From: Candidatus Eremiobacteria bacterium
GTDB taxonomy: Bacteria; Vulcanimicrobiota; Vulcanimicrobiia; Vulcanimicrobiales; Vulcanimicrobiaceae
Length of the DNA: 64,000 bases
Direction: 5' to 3'
Assembly: GCA_963737065.1 (NCBI GenBank)
Contig: CAVTRC010000001.1
Span: 1,536,001-1,600,000 of the forward strand
Shown: piece by piece, positions 32,923-45,283 of the stretch
Numbering within the stretch: position 1 is the stretch's first letter
Layout of the letters: each line of letters begins with the position of its first letter
Program-made: the position numbers and the translations under genes
The notes under the pieces: generated by a model
Database searches by the model: none
What the model was told of the DNA's origin: nothing
The model's input: only the letters and a program-made list of their open reading frames with translations

Positions 32923-33943
32923 ATGCAGCCATTGCCCGGCGGCCCGCCGTTTATTGAGGTCCGTCGTGGACCGCTCGTTGAGTCGGTCCACTGTGTCGCT
33001 GCATATGCGGTCGATGCGGCCGGTAGCGAACTGCTCTCGATGGGCACCGTCGACGTTCCGATCTACTTGCGCTCGGCCGCAAAGCCGTTTATTGCCGCGA
33101 CTGCCTTGATGGCGGGCGTCCAGCAGCGCTTCGGCCTCGAGCAGTACGAAATCGCCGTGATGGCCGCGTCGCACTCGGGCGAACCGTTTCACGTTGATGC
33201 GGTGCGCTCGATTCTGCGCAAGATCGGGCTTGACGAAAGCGCGCTGCAATGCGGCGCGGATTATCCGTACGACGACGCTGAACGCGAACGGCTACAAGCG
33301 CACGGCATCAAGCGCGAGCGCATTTTCCACAACTGCTCCGGCAAGCACGCCGGCATACTGTCGTTGTGCCGCGCGATCGGCGCCGACCCCTCGACGTACA
33401 TGGAACGCCAGAATCCGGCGCAGCAGCGGATTCTTGCTTTTTGCGCGCAGACTTCGGGTGCGCGGTTCGACGACGGAAATCTCGCGGTCGACGGGTGCGG
33501 TATTCCGGTGTATGCGACGACGCTGCGCAACGCCGCGCAATCGTATCTGCGACTTGCAACGCTTACCGGCATGACGACGGAAGCAGCGCAGGCGTTGCGA
33601 ACGGTGCGCGAGGCAATGATCGCGTATCCTGAATATATGTCCGGAACCGGCGACTTCGATGCAGAGCTCATTCGCGCGTATGACGGCGCGCTCGTTTGCA
33701 AAGGCGGTGCAGAAGGCGTGCATGCCACCGCGCTCATCGAACGCGAAGCGGCGCTCGTGGTAAAGATCGTCGACGGAAACGAACGCGCGCGTCCGCCGGC
33801 GGCGATCGAAGCACTGCGTTCGATCGGGATGATGAACGACGAACAGTACGAATTGCTGCAGCGCTTCGCGCGTCCGCTGGTGAAGAACCGCGCCGGACGC
33901 GTCGTCGGCGAAATCGGGCCGGTGCAATCGGGTTCACGCGTGA
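32923..33943 (+). CDS. L-asparaginase II (Rhizobium etli-type, class 3)
   Basis: RRGPLVESVH, RSAAKPF, ASHSGE, HNCSGKHAG, DGCGIP, KGGAEGV, KIVDG. Start 32914 or 32923. The 3' boundary is inferred from a probable GTGA overlap. Confidence 0.85.
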
Positions 33944-36554
33944 AACGCATTCTTCCGTGCATCGCGGCGCTCGTTGCGTTGCTGATCGCCGGCTGTTCAC
34001 ACTCCACGCCCGCGCCGAGCGATACGTCGATGACGATCGCGCAGCAATGGGAACCGCGCTCGCTCAATCCCGCGCTCGAAAACGGCACGTCTTCGGCGGA
34101 ATGGTCGATGCTCGTCTTCTCGTACCTGGTGAAATTCGACGACAACGGCAACATGGTGCCCGATCTTGCGACGGAAGTGCCGACGCTGCACAACGGCGGC
34201 ATCAGCGCCGACGGCAAAACGATTACCTATCACATCCACAAGGGCGTGCGCTTCGCCGACGGCACGCCGCTAACCGCAAACGACGTTGCGTGGTCGATCC
34301 AAGCGATCAACAATCCGACGAACAACGTGCAAAGCCGCTTCGCGTACTCGCACATCGCGACGCGTCGACACGCCGAACGCAACGACGGTCGTGCTGCACC
34401 TGCGCCGTCCGTTTCCGCCGGTGCTCGCGGTGGTCGGCGCGCCGCAAGGCTTTCCGGTTTTGCCGAAGCACGTGTTGGGAGCGCTTGCCCGATTTCAATC
34501 ACGCACCGTTCAACGATGCGCCCTTTGGATCGGGACCGTATCGCGTAACGAAATGGCTGCACGGCGATCGCGTCGAGCTCGCGGCGAATCCGTACTATTG
34601 GAAGGGTCCGGTCAAAATCAAAAATTTGACGGTACGGTTTGTCGCGAACCCGCAAACCGCGCTGAACATGCTGAGCACGCATGAAATCGACGGCTACTTC
34701 GACGACGAAGATTACTCGAACTATCCCGAGCTCAAGGCGCTCTCGGGCTATACCGTCACCACGACCCAAGAAAACGCGGTCGGTTCGATCATCTTCAACA
34801 CCCAGAAGTTTCCGGTGAACGATGCGCGGGTGCGGCATGCGCTCGCGGAAGCGGTCGACATTGCGTCGGTCGTGCGCCGCGCGTATCGCGGCTCGCTGGA
34901 AAGCACGCATGCCGGTGCCGGTCTCTTTCTTTGGGCGTTCGACCCCACCGTGTATCCCGACATTCCCTATAATCCAAGCGATGCGAAACGGCTGCTCGAA
35001 GCTGCCGGATGGAAAATGGGACCCGACGGCGTGCGCCGCAGATCCGGAACGCCGCTCGACCTGCAGCTGATCATTCAGGCGCAGACGCCCGGCGAAGAAG
35101 TGTTCGCCGACAACCTCGTGCAGTATGAACGCGCCGTCGGTGCGCACGTCACGATCAAGCAGTTCAACGAAACGCAATTCGTCGCACCCGCTAGTGAAGA
35201 GGGCCCGGTGTACGGCGGCAAGTTCGACCTGGCGCTCTACTCGTTCGAGAACGGCGACGATCCCGACACGACCGATCAATTCGCGTGCGCCAACGTGCCG
35301 CCCGGCGGATACAACAAGTCTCGCTTCTGCGATCCGCGTGTCGACGCGCTGCTCAAAGACGGACTTGCAACGTACGATCCCGCCAAGCGTAAAGCGGTCT
35401 ATCGATCGTTGCAGCAGGTGCTCTACCAGCAACTGCCGATCGCGCTGATCTATCGCCGCGGCGAAATCAACGCGTTCACCGATCGTCTTCAAGGGCAGAC
35501 GACGTCGCTTTCGGCGGCCGGCGCCTTTTGGGACGTCGGCGGCTGGTATCTCGACGATCCGTGCGACACGCGCGTATTCCCGGCGGTCGGAACCGTCGTT
35601 CAGACGACGCAGCCGTTGCACGGGCCGGGCCTGGTGTTGCAAGGCGGCGGCACCGACATCGACCAGGAATATCGCTGGATGCACGACACGCTTTCCGGTG
35701 GCTCTCCCGCACGATTCGGCAACGTCGTCGTCATTCGCGCATACACCGACAAAGACGAGTATTCGCCGTACATGCAGCCGCGCGGACCGTTTCAATCCGT
35801 GCAGATGCTTGGCGTCCCGAAGTGTGCGAAGCCATCGGATCTCGATGCATTAGCGAAGATCGTGGACCGCGCCGACGCGGTGTTCTTCGCGGGCGGAGAT
35901 CAAGCAAACTATGTTGCGTGGAAAGGTAGCGCGCTCGACGCCGCGATTCAGCGCGTTTGGCAGCGTAACGGCGTCATCGGCGGCTCGAGCGCGGGTCTTG
36001 CGATTCAAGGCGAATACGTCTACGATTCGGTTGCCGCGGATAAGCTGCATCCCAACGACGACGACTACAACGTGACGACGAGCAACGCGGTCGCCAATCC
36101 GTTCGAGCCCGAGATCAGCTTTACGCACGACTTCTTGCAGTGGACACCACTGCGCAATATTATTACCGACACGCACTTCGCGCGCCGCGACCGCTTCGGC
36201 CGCAGCGTTGCATTTCTCGCGCGTCTCGAAGCCGAACATCATCTGCCGACCGGATCGCTCTACGCGCTCGCGGTCGACGAACGCAGCGCGATCGTTGTGA
36301 ATAGCCATGGCATCGGCACGCTGATGGAATATTCCGGCAGCGGGTATCAGACGCGCGGCGCGTATTTGCTGCAGCTTGTTTCAGTGAAACAGTTGACGCC
36401 GGGTAAACCGTTGATCGCAACCGTTCGTGTCACGCATCTCAGCAAACCGGGTTCGACGATCGATCTGAACACGAAGCGCGCACCGGGTGCCGCAACGTAT
36501 ACCATCGAAGTCAACGGCACCCAGTCGCCGCCGTACAAGGATCCGTATGGTTAA
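33940..36554 (+). CDS. ABC peptide substrate-binding lipoprotein (family 5) fused to a C-terminal cyanophycinase-like S51 peptidase, with indels near 34360 and 34485
   Basis: MKRIL...LIAG-C lipobox, PDLATEVPT...GVRFADGTPLTANDV, GSGPYRV, RVRHALA, NKSRFCDPRVD, AFWDVGGW. Then in frame GLVLQGGG, FFAGGDQ, GGSSAG, DTHF..RDRFGR and AVDE. Confidence 0.8.
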
Positions 36555-39259
36555 GTTGTACTCCGATGACTTCGTCGGCCGCCAGCGCGAGCTCGAATTG
36601 CTCCACGAGGAACTGCGCGGCGGACGCGGCCCACGCTTCGTCGCGATCGAAGGTGAAGCGGGCATCGGGAAATCGCGCCTCGTGCGCGAGTTCACGCAAC
36701 AAACGGGTGACACCGCGACGATCGCGCTCGGTCAATGTGCCGAGCAAATTCGCCGTCCGTATCTTCCGATCGAACAATCGCTCGAGAGTCTGTCGCGCCG
36801 CGTGCAGCGTCCGCCGACGTCGCGCGAAGGACGCGCGCACGCGCAAGAACGCGCGGCGTATTTCGAAGAAGTCGCCGACGCGTTCCGCCGCGAGGCAATG
36901 CGCAAGCCGCTCGTGCTCGTGCTGGAAGACGTGCACTGGGCGGACGAAACCTCGATCGAACTGCTGCGCTATCTCACCGCGGCGTTGCACGACGCGCGCA
37001 TCCTCGTCATGATGACGTTGCGCCCGTCAAGTGCGCTCGACAATCCGGCCCTCTCTGCGCTGCGGTTCAGCATTGCGCGTGCACACGGAACGACGATCGC
37101 GCTGCGCGGATTGCGCGGCAACGACATCAAAACGTTGGTGGTACGGATGACCGACGCGCTCGGAACGCAGTTGCAGCCGCAGCTCGTCACGAAAATCGAG
37201 GAACTGAGCGACGGTAATCCGCTCTTCGCGGAGGAGCTGACGCGCATCGCGGTCGACAACGGCGAGCTTTCACTCGCATCGACGATGCCGCTCTCGGCGC
37301 AAGCGATGTTGAGCGAACGTCTCGCGACGTTCACCGACGCACAGCGCGCGATTTTAGTACGCGCCGCGACCGTCGGTCAGACGTTCGACGCGCGATTCGT
37401 CGCGGACATCGCCGGCGTGCCGGAGTCGGACGTGCTGCAAACGGCGCAGCGCGCATCCGAACGCGAGCTGCTCGTTCGCGATCGCGGCCGTTCGGGATCG
37501 TTTACGTTCCGGCACTCGTTGATTCGCCAGGCGCTCGCGGATCAGCTCGTGCTCGGGCTTGCCGCACCGCTGCATCTGCGCATCGCGCAAGCGATCGAAG
37601 CCGGAGAGAACGCGCGCTCGCGGGCTGCGGAATTAGCGTATCACTACGCCGAAGCGCACGTCGCCGAAAAAGCGCGGTACTATCACGAGCTTGCCGCGCA
37701 AAGCGCGTGGGAGACGTACGCATATCGCGACGCGATCCGGTCGTATGTCGAGGCGCTGAAATGGGACTATCCGCCGGGGGCTGAACGCGCCGCTATTTAC
37801 GAACGCATCGGAACGCTGCTCTACATCGACGGCATCGGCGATGAACCGGTGCGCTGGTACGAACGCGCTTACGCCGAGTACGAACGTCTCGGAAACGATG
37901 CCGGCATGGCGTATGCGTTGCTGCTTATCGGCGATCAGCAATGGGTCGACGCGCGCACGGCGGAGAGTTTGCGTTCGGCGTCGGAGGCCGCGGCGAAACT
38001 CGAAGCGCTTGGCGAGGAGCAACTGCATGTTGGCGGCAATGCTCTCCGTTGCGCGGTTCGCGATTACGCTTGGCAATGCGTCGCAAGCGATTGCACAGTT
38101 GCGCGCGATCGGCCGCCGGTACAACGAGTTCGATACCGGACGCAAAGCCGCGTTTCATGAAGTACGCGCGGAAACGCGCGCGGCGCTCGGCGACGCGGCC
38201 GGTGCGATTGCCGATTGTGAACGCGCCGCGGCGCTTGCGGCCGAAACGGGCTCCAGCGAGCTCATCGCGCAGACGGAAAACAATGCCGCGCTCGTGTCGT
38301 TCGACCTGGGCGAACTCGATCGCGCGGTCGCGCATCACCAGCGCGCGTACGAAGAAGCACACCGCACGGGCTTGATGTGGCGCGTGGCGTATTCCGCGGT
38401 GACATACGCACAGACGCTGATGTGGCGCGGCGAGCTGAAGAAGGCGCGCGCGCTGATGATCGACGCGCTCGATTGCGGTGTCACGACCGCGACGTTCAAA
38501 ACGAAAGCGGCTGCGGTCGGCATTCCGCTTGCATTGATCCTTAACGACCGGCAGCTGCTCGCCGCGTGCGCCGACGACGCGGTGCTCGAATACGCCGATC
38601 GCTCGCGCGAGTTGCAGCGCATCGCGTCGGTTCGCGCCGCTTTTGCCGAACTGCGGTATGCACAAGGCGCGCGCGAGGAAGCGCAGCGCATCATCGCCGG
38701 TGCGCTCGGAGCGATGCCGTACGGCCATCGTGCGTGGCACCTCTGGTTGCAAACCGCGCTGTGCGGGCGCTCCGAGCACATCGCCCTCGCGCGCACGCTG
38801 CTTGCCGGTTCCACCGGGCGGCCGCGCACGTTGCGCGCGCACGCGCTCCTGCTCGGCGCGATGGCAATTCGCGAGTCCGATGACGAGCGTTGCGCGCGGT
38901 TGGCGCGCGTTGCGCACCGGCTCTTCGCCGCGATGGGATTCCGCTGGCATGCCGCGTTCGCGGCCGAGCTTGCGGGCGACCGTAAAACCGCACTCGCCGA
39001 ATATCGCGCGATGGGCGCGACGCGCGACGTGATCCGGCTGGCCGAACAGCCGCAGCGTTCCGGCGCATCAAGCGCACTAACGGCTCGCCAAGCGGAAATC
39101 GCCGAACTCGTCGCCCGCGGAGAGATGAATCGCACGATCGCTGCGCTGCTGCACATTAGCGAGCACACGGTCGAGCACCACTTGACCGGTATCTTCGCGC
39201 GCCTGGGTGTCAAGTCGCGCGCACAGTTGATCGCGTACTACGCATCGATGAACCGATAG
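36547..39259 (+). CDS. AAA-ATPase/TPR/LuxR (MalT/LAL-type) transcriptional regulator, frameshift near 38030
   Basis: FVGRQREL, GEAGIGKSRL, LEDVHWAD, GNPLFAEEL, FRHSL, and C-terminal LTARQAEIAELVARGEMNRTIA...TVEHHL. Confidence 0.9.
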
Positions 39260-39333
39260 CGGGAATCCAGGATACCGCGCGCGTCATGTGCTCTCTATAC
39301 TGACGTAAGAAACGCTACCGTCTGGAGGAGCGC

Positions 39334-42300
39334 ATGGTGCCGAGAAACCTTTGCCGCGCGTTAGGCGTGCTGCTCGTTTTTGCATTTACGGCGATGCCGC
39401 TGAGCGCGCTCGCGGCGACGACCGGCGGACTGACCGGAACCGTAGTCGATTCGCAGTCACGAGCACCCATCGGCGGCGCACAAGTCACGATTTCCAGTCC
39501 TACGCAGGTCGAGCATGCGACGACCGACGCGTCGGGCCGATACACGTTCATCTCGCTCGGTCCCGATACGTACACGCTCTCTGTTGCGCGTGAAGGATAC
39601 GACGTGCAGTCGATCGCCGGCGTCACGGTCTTCGCGGGTCAGACGCTCAACATTCCGGTTGCGATGCAAAAGTCGCTGAAGACGATTGCGAACGTCACGT
39701 CACGTTCGCCGCTGAGCGTCGTCCGCGCGGGAACCGGCACCGACGTGTACTCGGTCGGCCCGCAACTGACCGCAGCTGCCGCGCCGCTCGGCGGGGGCGG
39801 TTCCCTCAATACGGCGTACTCGGCGATCGCGTCGATGCCCGGTGCGTACGTTCCGCCGAACCAAGTCGGCGTGAATCAAACCGTGTACATCCGCGGCAGC
39901 TACTACGATCAGATCGGGTTCGAATACGACGGCATTCCCGTGAACCGTGCATTCGATAACTATCCGACAAGCGGTCTGAGCACGCTGGGTCAGCAAGAGC
40001 TTCAGATCTTCACCGGCGGCGGCCAATCCGACGTGAATGCGACGGGCCTCGGCGGTTTCATCAATCAGATTACAAAGACCGGTACGTATCCCGGCTATGG
40101 CACCGTCAATGCGGGGATGGGGTCGCCGACGTTCTATCACAATCTGAGCGTCGAAGCGGGCGGCTCGTCGCCGAATCGTCTGTTCTCGTACTACATCGGA
40201 CTAAGCGGCAACAATCAAGACTTTCGCTACTTCGATCAGTTCAACGGCGCCAGCATAACGGACGCGATTCCGTACGGCTATTGGCCGTCGCATCAGACGT
40301 CTCTGACGATTTCGTTTTGGCCGGCGATGTACCCGACGTGCAACAACGACGGTTCGTACGACAATCCGGCGGTCGACAACAACTCGCTGTTGTATAACGA
40401 TCCGGGCTGCTTCGGAAGCTATAACGCAAATTACGGCCAGCCGTCGACCGTCGACAACCGCGAGGTGGTCTCTAACTTCCACTTCGGAATTCCGCACAAA
40501 CACGATGGCGGCCGCGACGACGTTCAGGCGCTCTTCATGTCGTCGGCAAACTTCACGCAGTTCTACACGAGCGTGAATGATGCCGGAGGACTCGGCCGGG
40601 GACTGAATGCGGTCGTCCCGAACGACTGGCCCGACGCGTACACCTATCCGGCGGGAACGGGGTTTCTTGCCCCAGCATCGACGCCACCCATCGGGTATAT
40701 GTATCCCGGCTCACCGACGGGACGCTGCGTAAACGTCACCGGTGTTCCGAACGCATGCCCGGTAGATTCAGATGGCAATCAGATCACGTCAAATATTCCT
40801 ACGGACTATCGCGACGGCCGTTGGGACACTGCGTCCATCGTTAAGCTGCAATATCAGCACAACATGGGAACCAACGCCTACGCGCGTCTGTTCGGCTACA
40901 CGTTCTACTCCAACACCAATCGCGCGACGGCGAACGGATACGGCAACAACATTACCTTCGGCGTCGGCAATTACGACTATGAAGTGGGCGCGCACACCAG
41001 CGGTCTCGAATTTCAGGCGGCCGATCAAATCTCCGACAAGCACTTGTTGAACGTCATGGCATCGTACACGCAGTCCAATACCTTGCGATACTTTAACCAC
41101 AACTACCTGAACAGCGGCGATCAGCAAGTCAGCAATTTCACGAACGGCAGCCAATGCTTTGCTACGACGAGCGGCGCGGGAATCGATCCGAACTCGAACT
41201 ACGCGGCCGGCGAACCCGCACCGTGTAACGATCCGATCTCGCAAGGAACATTCACCACGCCGTACGGGAGTTTCACGGGACAGAATCCGTGCACCGACGG
41301 CGAGCTGCCCGCCAGCGCGGCCGCGTGCCGCAGCAACGCGACAATGGCGCTAACGTTCCTCGGCAATCAAGGCGACATCAACGCCGTTACCCCGCGCGTG
41401 ACCGCCGCCTCGCTCAGCGACGAATGGCGGCCGAACGATCATTGGAACGTCAACCTCAGCGCGCGTTTCGAGAACGATAGTTTCGATCTCACGAACACCA
41501 ACAGTCCGGGATCAAACTTTTGGTTCGCCGCGGCGCAGAAAGAGTTCTGCGTCAACCCCGTGACGCGGCAGCCGGTGTTTGTGCCCCAGCCGCCGCAAAG
41601 CATTCGTCTCGCAACGCCATACGTGACGTTCAACTGCCCGGTCGACACGTCGCTCGGGACGCCGATCCAGACGGTGCATCCCGATGGTACGGACGGCATT
41701 TTGCTAACGAACAATTATCCGTCGATCTACTCACAGAAGTACATCGAGCCCCGCGTCTCGGCGACGTATACGGTCAATCCGGACACGGTGCTGCGCTTCT
41801 CGGCGGGCCGCTACGCGCAGCAACCGCAGAACTACGAAATCCAGTACACGACGGAAGAGCCGAATCTCGCGGCGACGCTGCTCGGATTCATTCCGTTCGG
41901 GTTCAATTCACCGTTGCACGAATCGCAAGCGCAGTTCTCGAACAACTACGACCTCTCGTACGAACACCACTTCAAGGGCACCGATATGTCGGTGAAAATC
42001 ACGCCGTACTACCGCTGGGGCACCAATCAGCTGTACGAAACGGTAAACTTGCCGAGTTTGAACGTGTCGCCATCATTTAATTCCGGTACGCTACGCGTCG
42101 ACGGCGTCGAGCTGGAACTCGCGAAGGGCGATTTCGCGAAGAACGGCCTCGCGGGTACGCTCTCGTACACGTACACGAACGCGGCTGAAAAGTGGGACAA
42201 CTATCCGAACAGCACAATCGGGCCCGTCGATCAGTATAATCAGGATATTCAGGCGTTCAACGCGCTGACGAAAGCCGGTGGCGGGTCGCAGTGCTACTCG

Positions 42301-43122
42301 AACAACTTCTCGGCCGGAACGAACGACCCCGATCAGGTACTTCCCGATCCGACCTGCGTGCAGGTATTCGACGCCGGCGGGAACGCGTACAACCCGCCCA
42401 TCAGAAATCCGTACTATGGAATGTCGAAGCAGGGACTGCTCGATCCGCACGGGTGGTACACGCCCGGTCTCGATTTCCCATACATTTCGCCGAACACGTT
42501 GTCACTCGTTCTCAACTACCGTCACAATCGCTTCGACGTCGCAACCGCGATGGAGTTGCAACAAGGTACGACGTACGGAACGCCGGCCGACGTAATCGGC
42601 ATCGATCCTCGCAATTGCCGCTCGAATCAGGGCACCGACGGTATCACGACCGGCGATCCGCTCAACGCGGACTACACGTCGTGTCATTACGCGCTAACGT
42701 CGGACGGCACGAATCCCGGCTACCTCTACATTCCCAATCCGCAAACCGGAACGTTCGCATCGTTCGGTCAGTACCGTCAGCCGTGGCAGTTCAATCTCGG
42801 GATGCAGCTCTCGTATGACTTCAGCCCGCGAATCACCGGATCGCTGATGCTCACAAGCCTCGTGAACACGTGCTTCGGCGGATCGAAGACCCCGTGGAGC
42901 ACTGCCTACTCGCCGAGCGGCAACACGTGTGGATATGCTTCGAACACATTCTATGTCGGCGGCGGGTTCTACAACGGCACGAGCTTCAACGACACCGCGG
43001 CGAACGGCGTGCCGGCGCAGAAGTACTTCACCCAATCGTACGTTCCGACGTATGGCGATCCGAACTCCGGGAACTATCCGCTTGCGTTGAATGCCTACTT
43101 CCAGGTGAAGATCAAACTCTAA
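39334..43122 (+). CDS. TonB-dependent outer-membrane receptor with a carboxypeptidase-regulatory-like N-terminal domain
   Basis: Signal peptide, TGGLTGTVVD...TTDASGRYTF..LGPDTYTL, plug IRGS...YDGIPVN...GGFINQITKTG, IEPRVSATY, GVELE, alternating C-terminal strand YFQVKIKL. RBS GGAGGAG. Confidence 0.88.
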   Translation: MVPRNLCRALGVLLVFAFTAMPLSALAATTGGLTGTVVDSQSRAPIGGAQVTISSPTQVEHATTDASGRYTFISLGPDTYTLSVAREGYDVQSIAGVTVFAGQTLNIPVAMQKSLKTIANVTSRSPLSVVRAGTGTDVYSVGPQLTAAAAPLGGGGSLNTAYSAIASMPGAYVPPNQVGVNQTVYIRGSYYDQIGFEYDGIPVNRAFDNYPTSGLSTLGQQELQIFTGGGQSDVNATGLGGFINQITKTGTYPGYGTVNAGMGSPTFYHNLSVEAGGSSPNRLFSYYIGLSGNNQDFRYFDQFNGASITDAIPYGYWPSHQTSLTISFWPAMYPTCNNDGSYDNPAVDNNSLLYNDPGCFGSYNANYGQPSTVDNREVVSNFHFGIPHKHDGGRDDVQALFMSSANFTQFYTSVNDAGGLGRGLNAVVPNDWPDAYTYPAGTGFLAPASTPPIGYMYPGSPTGRCVNVTGVPNACPVDSDGNQITSNIPTDYRDGRWDTASIVKLQYQHNMGTNAYARLFGYTFYSNTNRATANGYGNNITFGVGNYDYEVGAHTSGLEFQAADQISDKHLLNVMASYTQSNTLRYFNHNYLNSGDQQVSNFTNGSQCFATTSGAGIDPNSNYAAGEPAPCNDPISQGTFTTPYGSFTGQNPCTDGELPASAAACRSNATMALTFLGNQGDINAVTPRVTAASLSDEWRPNDHWNVNLSARFENDSFDLTNTNSPGSNFWFAAAQKEFCVNPVTRQPVFVPQPPQSIRLATPYVTFNCPVDTSLGTPIQTVHPDGTDGILLTNNYPSIYSQKYIEPRVSATYTVNPDTVLRFSAGRYAQQPQNYEIQYTTEEPNLAATLLGFIPFGFNSPLHESQAQFSNNYDLSYEHHFKGTDMSVKITPYYRWGTNQLYETVNLPSLNVSPSFNSGTLRVDGVELELAKGDFAKNGLAGTLSYTYTNAAEKWDNYPNSTIGPVDQYNQDIQAFNALTKAGGGSQCYSNNFSAGTNDPDQVLPDPTCVQVFDAGGNAYNPPIRNPYYGMSKQGLLDPHGWYTPGLDFPYISPNTLSLVLNYRHNRFDVATAMELQQGTTYGTPADVIGIDPRNCRSNQGTDGITTGDPLNADYTSCHYALTSDGTNPGYLYIPNPQTGTFASFGQYRQPWQFNLGMQLSYDFSPRITGSLMLTSLVNTCFGGSKTPWSTAYSPSGNTCGYASNTFYVGGGFYNGTSFNDTAANGVPAQKYFTQSYVPTYGDPNSGNYPLALNAYFQVKIKL

Positions 43123-43125
43123 CCG

Positions 43126-45059
43126 TTGCTCGCACTGACGCTGGCCGCCCTCTTCTCGATCGATGCGATGAATCGCACGATCGACGTCTCGGGGGCGGCC
43201 ATTTCGCGTGACGGCAAGTACATCGCCTACCTCGCCTCGCACAATGAACTTGACCGTAACCTCGAGGTTGATGTGTTACACGTTGTCGAGGTTGCAACGC
43301 GCAGCGATAAGGCGCTGCTGTTCCATCACGATTCCTATTCCAATCTCACGTGGTCGCGCGACGATCGCCTTGCGTATATCGCGGACGACAAAACCTCGAG
43401 CGTCTCGCAAGTCTATGTAACCGATCCAGCCGGCTCGCACGAAACCGAGCTGACCAGCGGCACGACCGATGTCGCGGGTGCGGCGTGGTCGCCCGATGGC
43501 CGGCGAATTGCGTTCGTGCGCGCCGATGCCGTGCGGAAGAAAACCGGCGCGGCGATCTACGAAGACGCATTCGAAGTCGGCGACAATGCGTACCTAGCAA
43601 CGAAAGCTGCGCCGCGGTCGCGTCTGTGGACGGTGACGACGAGCGGAACGGAAAAACAGTTGACGTCCGGAACGTCCAGCGTGCGCGATGACGCGCCGCC
43701 GTCGTGGTCTCCCGACGGACGCTTCATCGTATACGCGCGCGCGCCGAACGGCATCTATGCCGACTACGATCTCTCGTACATCGAGCGCGTCGACGTTGCA
43801 ACGGAAAAGGCGAGCCGCTTAACGGCGTCGCGCGATGTGGATCAGGGCGCGCCGCTATACGACCCGTCCGGGCGCTACGTTGTGTATCAGTATCCGCAGA
43901 ACGGTGTGATCCCGGCGCAGTTCGATGCGATGCTCGTTTCGTCATCGGGTGGTACCGCGCGCAACCTCGCCGCTGCGCTCGATCGAAACGTCGAAGATTT
44001 CGCGTGGTTCAACTCAGCGACGTTACTCTTGCGGACATACGATCGCACGCGCGCTCGACTCGTGCTCCAATCACTCAACGGTGCGAGGCGCGATGTGCGG
44101 CTCGGCGACATTGCCGACGCGTCGATTACGCCGCAAGCCGCATCGCGTTCCGGCGCGATCGCCTTCACCGGTACGACGCCGACGCATCCGAGCGAGCTGT
44201 ACTATCTCGCGCCGAATGCAGCCGCTGCCGATCCGCTTGTCGCACTGGAACGACGACATCGCGCGCTTGACGCTCGCAAGGCAAACGCAACTGACGTATC
44301 GGAACGGCGGCTTCACGCAGTACGCGGTCCTCACGTATCCGCCGAACTACGACCCGCATCGCCGCTACCCGTTAGTGTTACGCGTGCATGGCGGTCCGCA
44401 GCTGACGTCGCTCGTCGCATTCGAACCGTGGTATCAGCTTGCTGCGGCGCGCGGGTACATCGTGCTCGCGCCGAACTATCGTGGATCGAGCGACGCCGGC
44501 AACGCGTTTGAGCGCTCGATCATCGACGACGCGAGCGCTGGCCCGGGAACCGACATCATGGCAGCGATCGATGCCGTGAAGCGGATGAATATTATCGATC
44601 CGAATCGCATCGGCATCTCGGGATGGTCGTACGGCGGGCAGATGACAACGTGGATGATCGGCCACTACGACATCTTCAAAGTCGCCGTCGCCGGCGCTCC
44701 CGTCACCGATCTCGCCGTCGACTACGCGATCGCCGACGACATCCTAGACGATCGCGCCTACTTCGGCTTCTCACCAAACGATTCGGGAAAACTCGCGGTC
44801 TACCGCGCGCAATCGCCGATCACCTACGCGGCGCACATCCATACGCCGACGCTGCTGATGTCAAATGTCTACGACGTGCGCGTTCCCGCGGTTGAAAATT
44901 ACGAACTGTTTCACGCGCTTGCGCGACCGCGGCGTCCCGGTCAGGTTCTACGTCTATCCGACGACCGGCCATTTGCCAAAAGGGCCCGTCCGATACGCCG
45001 ACGCCTACAAACGCTGGCTGGACTGGTTCGACGCGTATCTCCACCCAACGCCACCGTAG
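43126..45059 (+). CDS. S9 family (prolyl oligopeptidase/acylaminoacyl) peptidase, frameshifted
   Basis: WSPDG propeller repeats, YPLVLRVHGGP, PNYRGS, GWSYGG, DVRVP, YPTTGH. Confidence 0.9.
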
Positions 45060-45067
45060 CGCGCGGG

Positions 45068-45283
45068 TTATACGATGTCGTCGGCGTCGGCGTGATGCTC
45101 GTCCGCTTGATCTTCGTTTTCGAATCCCTCATCGACATCGCCGTAAACGACTTGATCGCTGATTTTCTCGCCTCGCGTGTGTGTTTCGGTTTGGCGGCCC
45201 ATTGATTCGGCTTCCTGCGGGCTCAGCGGAGGAATGTCGTCCGCTTCCGTATGCAGTTCGCGCGGGTCCTGTCCAGTACTCAT
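45068..45283 (-). CDS. Small acidic hypothetical protein (71 aa)
   Basis: MSTGQDPRE...EGFENEDQADEHHADADDIV. ATGA overlap with the glcF stop, and TATACT 6 nt upstream of the ATG. Confidence 0.6.
   Translation of the reverse strand: MSTGQDPRELHTEADDIPPLSPQEAESMGRQTETHTRGEKISDQVVYGDVDEGFENEDQADEHHADADDIV

Noticed and set aside
32914..34548. Asparaginase-binding protein fusion (544-aa ORF)
   Set aside because: A complete lipoprotein signal (MKRIL...AGC) starts at GTG 33940 within a GTGA, so one indel would restore a normal stop/start overlap. A cytoplasmic enzyme fused ahead of a signal peptide is implausible.
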